From Candidatus Altimarinota bacterium (GTDB taxonomy: Bacteria; Patescibacteriota; Gracilibacteria; JBDHUY01), in the NCBI GenBank assembly GCA_039809385.1, contig JBDHUY010000004.1, positions 1 through 64,000 on the forward strand: 64,000 nt of DNA, in the 5' to 3' direction. The translations under genes and the position numbers were made by a program. Position 1 is the stretch's first letter. The number at the start of each line of letters is the position of its first letter. Below the pieces are notes generated by a model. That model was given only the letters and a program-made list of their open reading frames with translations, was not told the DNA's origin and ran no database searches. This document shows, piece after piece, positions 1 through 13,500 of the stretch.

Positions 1-142
1 TGATTGAGTATTGGCTTTTCATCAGACTGATGGTAGCTATTTGTGATAGAGACAAGCTGTTTTTTCTCCCGGGGCGAGTTCTAAACCCCACAAACTTGAT
101 TAAATCATCCAGAATGCAAAAAGTTCGTACCAGATCATCCGA

Positions 143-580
143 TTGTGCTACAATCTCCATAGGGCAGAAATTTATGTGGTAATACTTTTCTGCCCTACTC
201 TATCACTCTTTCCTCATTTCCTCTATTTCGTAACTCAGGTTAATTACTTAGAAGACGTATTCATCGATCAAGACCCTAACGCAATTAATACATTATACGT
301 ATCCTTTCTAGAAGGATTAGATAATAGTAAGAGAACTTTATTAACAATCATATCTACTTTTCAAGATAGAACTTATTCAGCACTTATGGATTCACTTCAA
401 AGAAGAGGACTTATAAGAAGGGATATAAGTATAAAAATCAGAAATAACCAGTCTGATAAACTCATTATAAAAGCTCTTTCTCCTGTTGAAAAAGATAAAA
501 AAAATAGCCGTATACTCTTAATATTCATCATAGTCATCGGCATATTAGCATTATTCACACTACTCAAGAACGTGGTTTAA
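143..580 (+). CDS. Hypothetical AT-rich protein with C-terminal TM helix; possible immunity or orphan gene of an Rhs locus
   Basis: 145-aa ORF, low GC, hydrophobic C-terminus (ILLIFIIVIGILALFTLL), next to an Rhs core remnant; start uncertain. Confidence 0.4.
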   Translation: MCYNLHRAEIYVVILFCPTLSLFPHFLYFVTQVNYLEDVFIDQDPNAINTLYVSFLEGLDNSKRTLLTIISTFQDRTYSALMDSLQRRGLIRRDISIKIRNNQSDKLIIKALSPVEKDKKNSRILLIFIIVIGILALFTLLKNVV

Positions 581-615
581 TCGGATCATGAGTTAACAAA
601 AAATACTACTTCTGC

Positions 616-641
616 AGGATCAAGTCTCCGGACTTGATCCT
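616..641. repeat. REP-like palindrome
   Basis: AGGATCAAGTC-TCCG-GACTTGATCCT inverted repeat. Confidence 0.6.
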
Positions 642-650
642 AACGATTAA

Positions 651-930
651 CAAAACAACTTCCTGGGCAAAGGTCAGAGCGTCTCCCTCGAGACCGACGT
701 GGCGACGAATACTACCGCGACCATCTACCACCACACCGATCATCTCACCGGAGGAAGCGTCGATACCGACCAGGGCGGATACCTGCTCCAGGTTCAGGAC
801 TACCTCCCTTTCGGCACGAACAGGGTCGACGAACGTTTCCAGTCCCACGACAACAACAAAAAATTCACCGGCAAAGAACTGGATACCGAATCCGGTTTGT
901 ACTACTATGGCGCCAGGTATGAGTATATGA
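651..930 (+). pseudogene. Rhs repeat-associated core fragment (orphan, truncated)
   Basis: Frame of ORF 699..995 reads YHHTDHLTGGSV...QDYLPFG...KKFTGKELDTESGLYYYGARY, the classic Rhs core motif; breaks off before the conserved DPxG and has no convincing start. Confidence 0.8.
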
Positions 931-975
931 TTCGGCGTAGGGTAGATTCTGGTCGGCCGTTTGGGATAGCGCTTC

Positions 976-2307
976 TTATTTCGTCTTTTCCCTAGCCTCG
1001 TTTTCCTCAAAACGCTCTCTTAGATACTTTTTGACGATCTCCCGGTCGTCCCAGGGAATCTTGCCCTGATTCGTTACCAGAACTTGCTCGGCGCCTTTGC
1101 CGGTGATGAGTACCAGATCGTCTTTTTCGGCCAGAAAAATCGCCATTCTAATCGCCTGTTCGCGATCAGCCACGATCCAGAGATCTTTGTTTTCGGTGTG
1201 GTTTTTTATGCCTTCCCGTACTTCGTGGATAATCGCATAACGGTTTTCGGTATAAGGATCGTCGTCGGTCAGAATAATCGTATCTGCGTAACGATCGGAC
1301 AGATTTCCCATGTGAGGTCGCTTCGTCTTATCCCGGTCGCCCGTGGCGCCGAAAATATGATACAATTTTCCTTTTACTGTCGGTCGGAGGCTTGATAGGA
1401 CTTGATCCAGCGCATCGAGCGTATGCGCATAATCGACAATAACGCCGAAAGGCTGATTCTCTTTGATCTGTTCCATTCGTCCCGGTACGGGCGTAAAGGT
1501 CTCAAAGGTAGCTCTGCATTGCTCCAGCGTGACATGTTGGGATAATCCGACGGCTATGGCGGCGAGCGCATTGTATACATTGAACTTGCCTGCCACAGGC
1601 AGATGAAATTTGGCTGACTCGTCCGCCAGTTCTACCGTAAAAGTGAGCGCGTTGGAAGCCGCGTGAATGTCCTTGGCAAATACTTGCGCATTATTTTTGA
1701 TCCCATAACTGAACCGCTTATCGGCGCCGATCTCTTCGAATTCTTCGAAATAGGTATCGTCGCGGTTCAGGATCGCCACTTTAGGTACCTGAATCTTGCG
1801 TTCGGTATGGTAGAGCAGTTCAAAGAGACGTTTTTTAGTATTTTTGTAATTCGAAACCGTTTTGTGCAGATCCAAATGGTCTGAGGTAATATGCGTGATC
1901 GCGGCTACGTCGATGTCGACTCCCCAGATCCGTTGGTAAAACAAGGCATGCGAGGATACTTCCAGAACCACATAGTCACAACCCGCTTTTTTCATCGTGC
2001 TGAGGTACTTATTCATCAGAAAGGGGTCCATCGAAGTCATCTTGGTTTCGTTTATCCATTTTTTCTCGCCGATGGCCAGCATCACGGTCGAAATCAGTCC
2101 CACGGTATGTCCGGCCCGAGTTAGAACGGCGTGGATCATATTACAGGTCGTTGTTTTTCCATCGGTGCCGGTCACCCCGATCACGATCATCCCTTTGGCC
2201 GGGAAGAAATAGATCAGGCTGGCGATAATGCTGCGTGCCTTGTGATAAAATACGCGCAATGGGCTGTCCAGGGTTACCATGTGACGGAAGCGATCGAGCA
2301 GTTTCAC
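976..2307 (-). CDS. murE: UDP-N-acetylmuramoyl-tripeptide synthetase MurE
   Basis: GVTGTDGKTTT, LEVSSH, VPGRME, VDYAHT, GDRDKTKRP, GKGAE motifs; GTG start at 2307 inferred (ORF open to 2439). Confidence 0.92.
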   Translation of the reverse strand: MKLLDRFRHMVTLDSPLRVFYHKARSIIASLIYFFPAKGMIVIGVTGTDGKTTTCNMIHAVLTRAGHTVGLISTVMLAIGEKKWINETKMTSMDPFLMNKYLSTMKKAGCDYVVLEVSSHALFYQRIWGVDIDVAAITHITSDHLDLHKTVSNYKNTKKRLFELLYHTERKIQVPKVAILNRDDTYFEEFEEIGADKRFSYGIKNNAQVFAKDIHAASNALTFTVELADESAKFHLPVAGKFNVYNALAAIAVGLSQHVTLEQCRATFETFTPVPGRMEQIKENQPFGVIVDYAHTLDALDQVLSSLRPTVKGKLYHIFGATGDRDKTKRPHMGNLSDRYADTIILTDDDPYTENRYAIIHEVREGIKNHTENKDLWIVADREQAIRMAIFLAEKDDLVLITGKGAEQVLVTNQGKIPWDDREIVKKYLRERFEENEAREKTK

Positions 2308-2521
2308 AGGAGGTGAGGAGTTAGGAAATAGGCAAGTAGATAAGTCCCCCTTGGCGCGGTTAGCGGTCAGTAGGGGCAGACCTATATGTGTCTGCCTGTG
2401 TGCAGGTTGCAGGTAAAGGTCAGCGATCGGTTTTCCCAAAATACAGCACCCACCATACTAGATTTATCTCCTTAAATCCAGATTTTCGGATTTGTTTTTT
2501 GGTCTCGAATCTCTACAATAG

Positions 2522-4711
<2,190 letters not shown>

Positions 4712-4748
4712 CCTTACAGCTTCATACAAGCTCTATTTCCACCTGCCT

Positions 4749-5008
4749 GTCATTCTGAGCGGAGCGAAGAATTTTGGTACCTCAAGCATGCTTTCAAAAA
4801 AACTCTCTCAGAAGCTATCTTAGTACCTGTTCTGTCACTCCGGCCCCGAAGGGGAGGCCCGCCCGTCCCGCCAAAGGCGTGGGGAGTCCGGGGACGCTCG
4901 GGCGCAGGGAAACGAAAGAAGGGATACATTGATCGCTTCTCATTGAGTGTCTTGAACGAGCTCGGATCCTGGACCACCGCCGGGGCGGGCCAAGCAAGCC
5001 AGAATGAC
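4749..5008. repeat. Cluster of GTCA-type REP-like palindromes with nested GC hairpins
   Basis: GTCATTCTGAGCGGAGCGAAGAAT (4749), GTCACTCCGGC...GGAGTCC (4834-4889), GGATCCTGG...CCAGAATGAC (4964-5008); simple copies at 61177-61240. Confidence 0.65.
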
Positions 5009-5101
5009 CGGGCTGAGGGCTCTTTCTTAGCACCCCGCTCCATGGTACTCCGGGGCCCATTGGGGCTGTTCGCTGTCGGCTATTTGCTGCTAGCTTTGTG
5101 C

Positions 5102-5830
5102 CTAACTGAGACTTTCCGGCGTTCCCGGCGCCTCCCACTGAATCATATGCGGATCGTTGATATTTTCCAGTTTTTGGTTCCGGGCCAAGAGGGGATTATA
5201 GGTGTTATAAAAAAGCTCGATCAGTTGCTGTGTGGTAAGTTGTTCCGCTTTTAATCCTATATTTTCGAGTCCGGCTTTGATCTGATTGACCCGCTGGGTC
5301 ATGCCTTTGCGCATGGTTTCAAAATCTTTGCGGCGTTCTTTGTAGCGCAAGGCGCTATCTTCGGGGTTGATGGCGCTCCAGAATTTTGAGAATAATCCGG
5401 GTTTTACCGCATTCAGGACTTTGTCGTAAGGGACCACGACATAGAATTTTTTCTCCATGATATCGGCATATTCGACCAGGCGGGCCACATATTCGATATA
5501 TTCGAGCGTCTGGCGCTGCAGCAGCTGGTTTTTTTGCCGTTCGGCCACTTTTTTTAACGAATCCACATATTTGTCGATATCCAGCTTCTTGGACCGTACC
5601 AGGATCTGAATCGGAAATTCGAGCGAGTTGATAAAGCTCTGATACGAATAAATGATCGCGTTTTTTTCGTCTTCTGATTTCAGGTTGAAATTAATACTCG
5701 AGGTCTGCAACACTGTCCGAAGCGATCCGTCTTTCAGGATGAGCGTATTGTCGTGTATTTCGGCAATTTTCATGTAGCGTTGTGTACTGCTGATCACGCT
5801 TTTGGTGTTGCTTTTGACGGAAGAAGGCAT
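5102..5830 (-). CDS. T4SS-associated protein (TraE/VirB4 N-terminal-like) typically following PrgI in CPR
   Basis: STQRYMKIAEI, SINFNLKSEDE, NSLEFPIQI, FYVVVPY, ELFYNTYNP; directly downstream of a PrgI-like gene. Confidence 0.7.
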   Translation of the reverse strand: MPSSVKSNTKSVISSTQRYMKIAEIHDNTLILKDGSLRTVLQTSSINFNLKSEDEKNAIIYSYQSFINSLEFPIQILVRSKKLDIDKYVDSLKKVAERQKNQLLQRQTLEYIEYVARLVEYADIMEKKFYVVVPYDKVLNAVKPGLFSKFWSAINPEDSALRYKERRKDFETMRKGMTQRVNQIKAGLENIGLKAEQLTTQQLIELFYNTYNPLLARNQKLENINDPHMIQWEAPGTPESLS

Positions 5831-5929
5831 GAAGGGGGAGTTAGGATTAGGGAGAGGGGAGTCGGGAGAGAGGCAGGCGGTTAGCAGTCACATACGAGAT
5901 ACGTAATACCAAATACTTACTACTTTCTT

Positions 5930-6556
5930 CTACAATTCTTTCGTATCCCTGATATACTTGTCGCTCTCGTCTTCTACTACTTGGGCCGGTTTCCGGATTG
6001 CGGAGGCGGCGGTCTTGGCAGCTTCCTGACTTAGTTTTTCGAGCCATGATGTCCGTTCGGGTTTGGCACTATCGCTCAGGTCGATCTCCCCGGTTATCCG
6101 TTGTTGTTTACTTTGATCGTAATCGAGCAGTTCTACCAGTTTGCTGATATTTTTGGGGTTGTTGTCCACCTTGGCCTGTTGGTCTGGGGGGCCTTTTTGA
6201 GGAGTGGCTGCCTGGAAGAGATTCTCCAGCAGGGTAAAGGGACTGATATCGCCTCCCATCTGGGTCCACACCCGTTTGCTCGGGTTAATGGCCGCTTCCA
6301 TCAGTAGCATGATCATGTGAAAAAAAGTCAGATTGTCGCGACGAAAGAAGGCGATCGCGATGGTGAGAATACCGATGATCACCATAGGCGGCACGTAGGC
6401 AATGGGATCGGTATAACGGTTGAGCGAGACGAAAATCAGATAGCAAAATCCTCCGCCTACCAGAATGATGATAAGTTGCCTCAAGGATATGCCGCCGCCG
6501 GCGATGGTGATCAGTTTGTCTTCGCGACTGATGTCCTGGGGGATTTTGTATTGCAT
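5930..6556 (-). CDS. PrgI family (VirB3-like) membrane protein
   Basis: MQYKIPQDISREDKL...ISLRQL, two TM helices, PSKRVW motif. Confidence 0.8.
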   Translation of the reverse strand: MQYKIPQDISREDKLITIAGGGISLRQLIIILVGGGFCYLIFVSLNRYTDPIAYVPPMVIIGILTIAIAFFRRDNLTFFHMIMLLMEAAINPSKRVWTQMGGDISPFTLLENLFQAATPQKGPPDQQAKVDNNPKNISKLVELLDYDQSKQQRITGEIDLSDSAKPERTSWLEKLSQEAAKTAASAIRKPAQVVEDESDKYIRDTKEL

Positions 6557-6690
6557 AGAGTACTAAGAGTGCTATCTAACCAGTATATCATGTTTGATAG
6601 CCGTCTTCAATCGTTATGCTCAAAAAATACTGACCTCTTCTCTTCAAAGACCAGGCAATTTTATGAACATAACCGTGTCTCAAGTTTTAT

Positions 6691-7308
6691 TTAGCGTGCT
6701 TCCAATCGTCTTTCCAGTTTGCTCAGGCGCATCTTTATCTGGAGAATTTCTTCCCGCAGCCCGTCTGCTTCGACCGGGCTTACGGCTTCGAGTTTTTCTT
6801 CGATTGATGTGGTTTTGAGGCGTAACAGTTGTATTTCCTGTTCCGCCGGAATCAGGTGATCGGCTGTCCAATTGCGAAAAGCTCCGATTTCGTGGTCAAT
6901 GCGATTCGTGGTTGTTTCGAGTGTTTCCAGGCGTTCTTCTATCGTATCAAAGTGGTCGTCATTGCTTCGAAAAAGATCCATGAGGTCGTTTACGACAAAT
7001 GTCTTTAGGTCGGTATGCTCTTTTTGCAGCAAATCGATCTTGTTTTCCACAGCGGTCAGTCTTTGATCGATTTGATGAAAACCAGTTCGTGTAGTTTTTT
7101 CGAAAATATCGATTCTTTGCTCCATGGCATCCATTCTTTGCTCCATGGCATCCATTCTTTGCTCCATGGCATCCATTCTTTGAGCCATTATGCGCATTGT
7201 TTGAACCAGAGTCTGGATGCTCTGGTTCATGGCGTCCATTTTATCGCTCAAGTCTGCCAGTGTGATGGTTTGTGGGACTTTTCTTGTTGGCATGGTTGTG
7301 ATCATCAT
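6691..7308 (-). CDS. Coiled-coil heptad-repeat hypothetical protein
   Basis: (MDAMEQR)x3 and heptad periodicity throughout. Confidence 0.7.
   Translation of the reverse strand: MMITTMPTRKVPQTITLADLSDKMDAMNQSIQTLVQTMRIMAQRMDAMEQRMDAMEQRMDAMEQRIDIFEKTTRTGFHQIDQRLTAVENKIDLLQKEHTDLKTFVVNDLMDLFRSNDDHFDTIEERLETLETTTNRIDHEIGAFRNWTADHLIPAEQEIQLLRLKTTSIEEKLEAVSPVEADGLREEILQIKMRLSKLERRLEAR
7112..7182. repeat. 21-bp perfect tandem repeat, about 3.4 copies, in-frame within CDS
   Basis: ATTCTTTGCTCCATGGCATCC repeated. Confidence 0.95.
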
Positions 7309-7518
7309 AACATCTACAGTGACGGTATTGTAGCAGGGATATCGAAAAAATCAATGAAGGAAGAAAGCCGTTTTTTTTCGATATGATGGCGGTTTATGGC
7401 TTTAAGAAGAGTATAAAATCAGGGATAATTTTTTTCTAAATTCTGGTAAAAATGCATAATACTATGGATCACTGTTGAGTATTTCAGAGATATAGAGATA
7501 CAGAGAGTCCGGGATAAA

Positions 7519-10500
7519 TTATGCTGCTTTCGCCTGATTACCAGAACCCGGTGTTGTTCGGATCTGGTCGCCCGACCAGATGGGAATGTAAGAAACGGAT
7601 TTTTTGACTCCGTTCTCGGTATAGTATCCCGAAAATTTCCTTCCATCGCGGGCGGTTACGATATACGTGCGCTCTACACCGTTGTGGCTTGATACGATTT
7701 CGATTGTGTTATTGATGATAAAAATGCTATCGTATTTGGCCGGATCGAGGATATCTCCCAGACCGATGCTGTATTCGAAGTTGTTTTTGCCCGCTGATCC
7801 TTCCAGCAAATTATTGAAATTCACCTGTAAAGACTCTGTGGAGCCTTCTTTTAATGGTTTTTCCAATACCATGCTGCGGATCATCTCGATATTGGTGGGA
7901 TCGCTCACGAATTCTCGCATTTGTTCAAAGGACAGGTTGTTCAATTCGGCAAGTTGAGGGCCGAGGATCGAATTTATATAGCGCTGAACTCCTTCTACGA
8001 CTTGTTGTCTGCCCAGGTTGTCTAATTGTTTGAATGCTTCCAGTATGTTTTCGACGGGAGGGATTCGATCTTTGAGTATTTCGCGGATTTGTGCTTTCGA
8101 GGCTCCCAATTTCTCGGCAATGATGGCGGTGGCGACGTTCATGGTATTTACATTCGGTACGGCTTCGAGTTTTGCTTTTCCATAAAGGCCTTGTACGGTT
8201 CTGCCGATCGTTGTTACGAAATCGGCTGCGGTGGCCCGGTCTGGTACGATTTGCCCTATTTTATTCCAGATGGGCGAAGAAGCGTTGAGTTGCGTAAGTT
8301 CGAATGGTGCAGCGTCTGTCGTAGGGATTCCTTCTTCTATCCGTGCTATAGGTTTTTGTTCGATCAGAGGGGTCCTTTCGGGGCTTACGCGCACAGGTTC
8401 GGCGGTCGGTGTTGGTTCAACGGGAGGTTCTATCGTACTTTTTATTACGGGTTCCATTGGCACGACTTCCTCAACTTTGGGAGGCCTTGATTCTAAAGCG
8501 GGAGATTCAGTTTTTGGCATAGGATCATCAACTCTGATGATTCTCTTTTGGTCAGCTAAGGGTTGTGAATAGATATCGATTTCCTTGGGTCCAGTTGCTT
8601 GTAATTCCTTTTGTAATTGAGCTTTATATTGTTCTAGTAGTTGTACTTTTGTTTCAAACTTTTGTGTGACTTCAGGAATTCTTGAGTCATATTTGCCTCT
8701 TTCCTCAATAATACGTTTTTTCTGCGCAATGCTTCTATTTACTTGATCATTAATCCATCTGAGCGCATCAGATCCATTTTTAAATGTCTGCCCATAAGAA
8801 AGATTCAAATCCTGTAGTATACTCTTTTTTTCAATCGGATTTTCTACTTTGTTTGCCGGCAAGCTCGTTTCTTGAGGATTGGCGGCTGGTTCGAGAGTTA
8901 TTTTCTGGTTCTCCAATTCCTGAATTTTCGTCTCAATCTTTTTCGTAATCTCGTTTTTTTTCTGTTCGATCAGCGTATCTCTCCTTTCTCGTAACTCTGT
9001 TGCTTCTTCCGATAATGTTCTTTCTTGTGTACGAATCTGGTCGATTCTCGATTTTAAGTTGGTTATTTCGGGATGCTCTTTGCCGATCGCATCCAGAGCT
9101 GCCTGGTATCGTTGCTCTACTTCTGTATACTGATTGATTTCTTGGGAAGTTCTCGTGCGTTTTTCCATGAAGGCTTGATTATCTGCCAATACTTCTTGTT
9201 TCCATGATTCATATAACTCATGAAAATTGGCAGGTTTATTGCTCTGTTCTATAGTTTCTATTTCACGTTCCAGTTCTTTTAAAGGCTCTTCTATACGATT
9301 GCTTTCTTTGTTCCACTCCTGCATTTTCTCTGTGAATTGGTTTTGTACCTCGGCAATCTCCGGGGTGTCGCGCAGAATGGCCTCATCCGTGACTTTTTCA
9401 GTGAGTTCGTTGTTCAGCTTGGAGATGGCGGTGTCGATTTCCGCGATGGTTAGATTTGCTTCTATCTGGGGTTTTTCGGGAATTATTTCAGCCTGAGGTT
9501 GAGCGGTAGTCGGCTCTGGAGCTGGTCTACTTAGTTCCGGTGTGGGTTCTGGTGACGGCGCTGGCTCGCTCCTCGGTTCTTCTATTTTGGTGCTTTCGGA
9601 CGGCTCATTTGTATTTTCTCTCGCTTGGGTTTCCACATCCCGCACCTTCTGTAGATTTGCTTCTGCTTTTTCAATTTTTATTCTCTTAACCAGCTCAGCG
9701 ACATGATAGTCCAGTTCTTTTGCTCGGCGTATAAGTTCAAGATTGTCTATATGACCGAGGTTTCTCTGGTTATAAAGATTTTGATATTCTTGTCGTAGTG
9801 AATCGGGTATTTCCTCAAGTTGCGGTATCCCATTATTCCCCTCAGCTATTCTCGATTCGTAGACTGATCGTGCTAAGGTTGTGACATCAATTTGGTTTGA
9901 TGTTTCCAGAGCTTCTTTCATTTCATGCAATGTTGTCTCTGTTTTCATTGAGGCATCCGAGACAACGTTTTCGGGGGGACTTGTTAGTTCGGATTCTGCG
10001 AGAGGTGAACTTGTGGAATCATTCACATCCGGTGTTTTTTTTATTTCTGTGATGCTTTCTTGAAGTAATTCTTCCGTTTTTGGAGAATCTAAAGTATCGT
10101 TGGCCGTGTTTTTTTGTGAATCGGTCGGTTCTGTGAGTTGTGTTTCTGAAGATTTATTCGTAGATGCCGTGGATTTGCTTTTTCGTACTTCAAGCACCTT
10201 TTCTGCATATGCTCTTGCCTTTGGTCCCTGGCGTTCAAGATAAGCTGGTATGCTGTCAGGTGCTTTGATAAACTTACTATCATGTTTAAGCCAATCGGTA
10301 AGAATTCCCTCAGCAAGCCCCTCGACAGTGGCTTTGTCCTTAAAAAGTTCCGAATATCCGTTGACAATATCTTGAACCGGTTGTGTTTCAAAACCCAGAT
10401 TTTCTATAATGGGAGTGTCGAGTTTTATGGCATTCTGTACCTCAGCCGCTCGCGTGGCTCTTTCTTCTAATACTTTTTCCGCATACGCCTTCGCCTTTGG

Positions 10501-13500
10501 TAATTGCTCTGTCTCATATGTTTTTTTGTTTTTCCATTGCTTCCCTTTGCGACGGAAGAATGACCCAATTTGGCCGCTGTCTGCTGCCAGCCACTCACCA
10601 TATATCTTTGCTGTTAAAACGTTTACATCTGTGATGTTGGCAAATTCTTCTCCATAGCGCTCCAGACGTGTCTGTACATCTTTTGTATTGAATCCCAGGT
10701 TATCTGAGTATGCTTCGGTTTTTCCTGCTTTTTTTACCAATGACTTCTCTGATTTGGAAAGCCCATCCGTCGTACCCTGTTCGAACGGATTGTTCCTAGC
10801 CGTTTCCAACGTATTTTGTAACCCGTCATGCATCACCGCGTGATGACTGTTTACTATTTCTCCCCGTTCTTTTTCCAATCTCGCTTTTTCTTCCTTAAGC
10901 CGCTCAAGTTTTTTTCGTATTGCTTCAGGTGCGGTGGATAAAGGCTCTCCTGTTTGGGTGTCAAAGTGTTCTGAATGCTTTGATTGAAGTTGTTGGAGTG
11001 CCTGTTGGTTTTTCCTGATTGCCTTGTCTATGCTCGTGGATATCTCTGCGGGACCAGTCTTTTTCTCAAGCATGTTAATAACCTCTTCGGGCTTCAAATA
11101 TTTCGCTTCGACGATTCGTTGCTCTAAAGTATATCGTTCCAGAGTTGATAACTCGTTTTTAGTGGTTGAAAGCTGATCTTTCAACTCGTCGATATATGCC
11201 CTTTTGGCATCTTCGGCGAATCGTTTCATATTGCTGTGATATTGTTCTTCTATCTTGTATCCGCCCCGTTCTTTCATAAACTCGTTAGCTACTCGAAACC
11301 CTTCGATAGCGGTTGCCGGCGTTATGCCTTCGGTTCCGCCGGGAAGGTTTTCTCCACTCGAAAACGGATTTTCGTTTTTCCCCGGATCTTTCAGATACTC
11401 GGTAAATTGTTCATAGGTAACCCGAAACCCCTGAGCTTCCATGGTTTTATTAAAATTCTCGCTTATTTCTGTCCGTTTCTGGATCGACGTTTCCAATTCC
11501 GGCAGAGAACTGCGTAGCCGGCTTCTTCCTTTGATCCCTAATCCTGAGGTCATCTGGTCAAAACCGTTTCTGAACTTTCCGGTCAGTATATCTTTCCCGC
11601 CCTTCCCGATTTGTGTCACATCTTTGCCCAATCGAGATTCCCCGATAGATTTTATGGTATTTCTTCCCAAAGTTTTCAGGGATTTTATGGGGCTTTTGAT
11701 CGCATCCATGCCGCTGAGCGCACTCTCTTTGGCCACTTTTCCAAATTCGATCGTAGCGAGTTTTAGACCGGACATGAGGCTGCCTCCTTGCGAGCCTTCA
11801 AACAGTCCTTCAACCTTGACCCCTTCCAAGCCTTGTTTAAAGGCATTCCCGATCCGTGTTTTTGAGAAGTTTTTGGCAGCGCCGCGCGCCCCGGCGATCG
11901 TCGCTGCGACGCCAGCCGTCCCTTCGCCAATCGCTTCAAACCACAGGCCCCAGTCTCCTTTTTGCGCAGCTTCCTGAAACTTATCCCATGCTACCAATCC
12001 TTTGCCAAAATTGAGTGTACTTTCATTTATTACGGGCAAGTGAAAAACACTATGTCCGTCCGTCCAGCTAAACCAGTGAGCTTCCGGATCGGTTACTTTG
12101 GCGAAGTTGAAACCCGCGATACTCACCAGTTCTCCGCCGGTATCTACCGGATGAGCCGCCAGATTAACAAAAAACTGTCCGATATTTTTGACAAAATGTC
12201 CCGCTCCGATGACCAGCTTTAAGCCCCCTACTCCGAGCCAGGAGGCCCAGCCTGTTTCCGGATTATTTAGTTTTTCATTAGCCCAATTATTGACATTTTT
12301 ATATATACTCGTAAGTCCGGTCACATCGCATATCGTTCCCAGCCCGGTTACAAATGCGTTAGCGGTTCGTCCGACGGTGACATCCCACAGATTGGGAGTC
12401 GGCACCGGTTTGCTCAATTTTTTCTCCTGTTCGGCCAGTTGTTTTCCGACCTCATTAAAGTTTTTCAATTGAATGTTCATATTCAGCAGACTTTCCGAAA
12501 CACCCCGGTCAATCCGGTTGACCGCGTCGATCTTTTGTGAAAATTCGGCTTCGAGGAGTCCGCTGCCGGTAGCAAGTCGTTCCAGCTGCTGCTCATAAAA
12601 CTGACTGGCGCTGTCCAGGTGTGCCACAGCCTGTTCCGCCGAATTAATGTTTTTGATTGTCAGCTCTTTTTTGCTGGTAGTCTGGTTGATGGATTCGGTG
12701 ATCGTCTCTGTTATTTTTTGCGTATCCTGAGCCAATCCGTCTTTTTCCTGCAATGTTCTTTCCAGATGTCGTTTGATCATCACATACTCTTCGCTTCCTT
12801 CCGGAATCTGTTTGAGCATGCTATTCATCTTCTCGACCGTTGCGTCAACGTAGGAACTTACTTTGTTTTTTTGCTCTTCCTGCTTTCCTTTTGCTTCGGT
12901 AGCTTGGGCGGCACTGACTTCCAGGTTTGTTTTAGCGTCACGTAATTCTCCGATCCGGCGGCGGTACTCCTGTGTTTTTTTTATCGTTTCACTTTTTTTC
13001 GCGGTAGTTTCTTTATTTTTGGCGTCAAATTCGGCTTTTTTCTGCTCATATTGCTGACGCAGGAATTCGCGAAATTCTTCCGGCTTCTTGATCAAAACTC
13101 CGTAGCGGGTCGTGAATACTCCATTAACCTGTTGCAATTTTGTTTGCAGGTTCTTGATCTTATTGAGCACAAAAATACGTTGGGTATTGAGCTGCGCCGC
13201 TTCTCCTGAAAAATCGATTCCCAGCGAACCGTTCACCGTAGCCTGGAAAGCTTCGCAGGAACGATCAAACGATTCCAGATTGTTCAAAACATTCCCTACT
13301 TCGGGACCCACTTCCTTAAAAACTTTTTGCAGTTTGAGTATTTCGTTTTCCAGCAATTCTGGATGTTCAGCACTCAGTCCTTCGGGCTTCCATTCATTGG
13401 AATCGAGGTTTTTTATCTTTTCTTCAACCTGCTTTTCCTGCCTCAGTAATTCTGCCGATTTTTCCTGTACCTTAATTTTTTGTTCCACGCCTTTGGTGTA

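Noticed and set aside
4750-5138. ORFs 4750..5043, 4815..5138 and 4943..5254
   Set aside because: Explained by GC-rich REP hairpins; composition is not protein-like.
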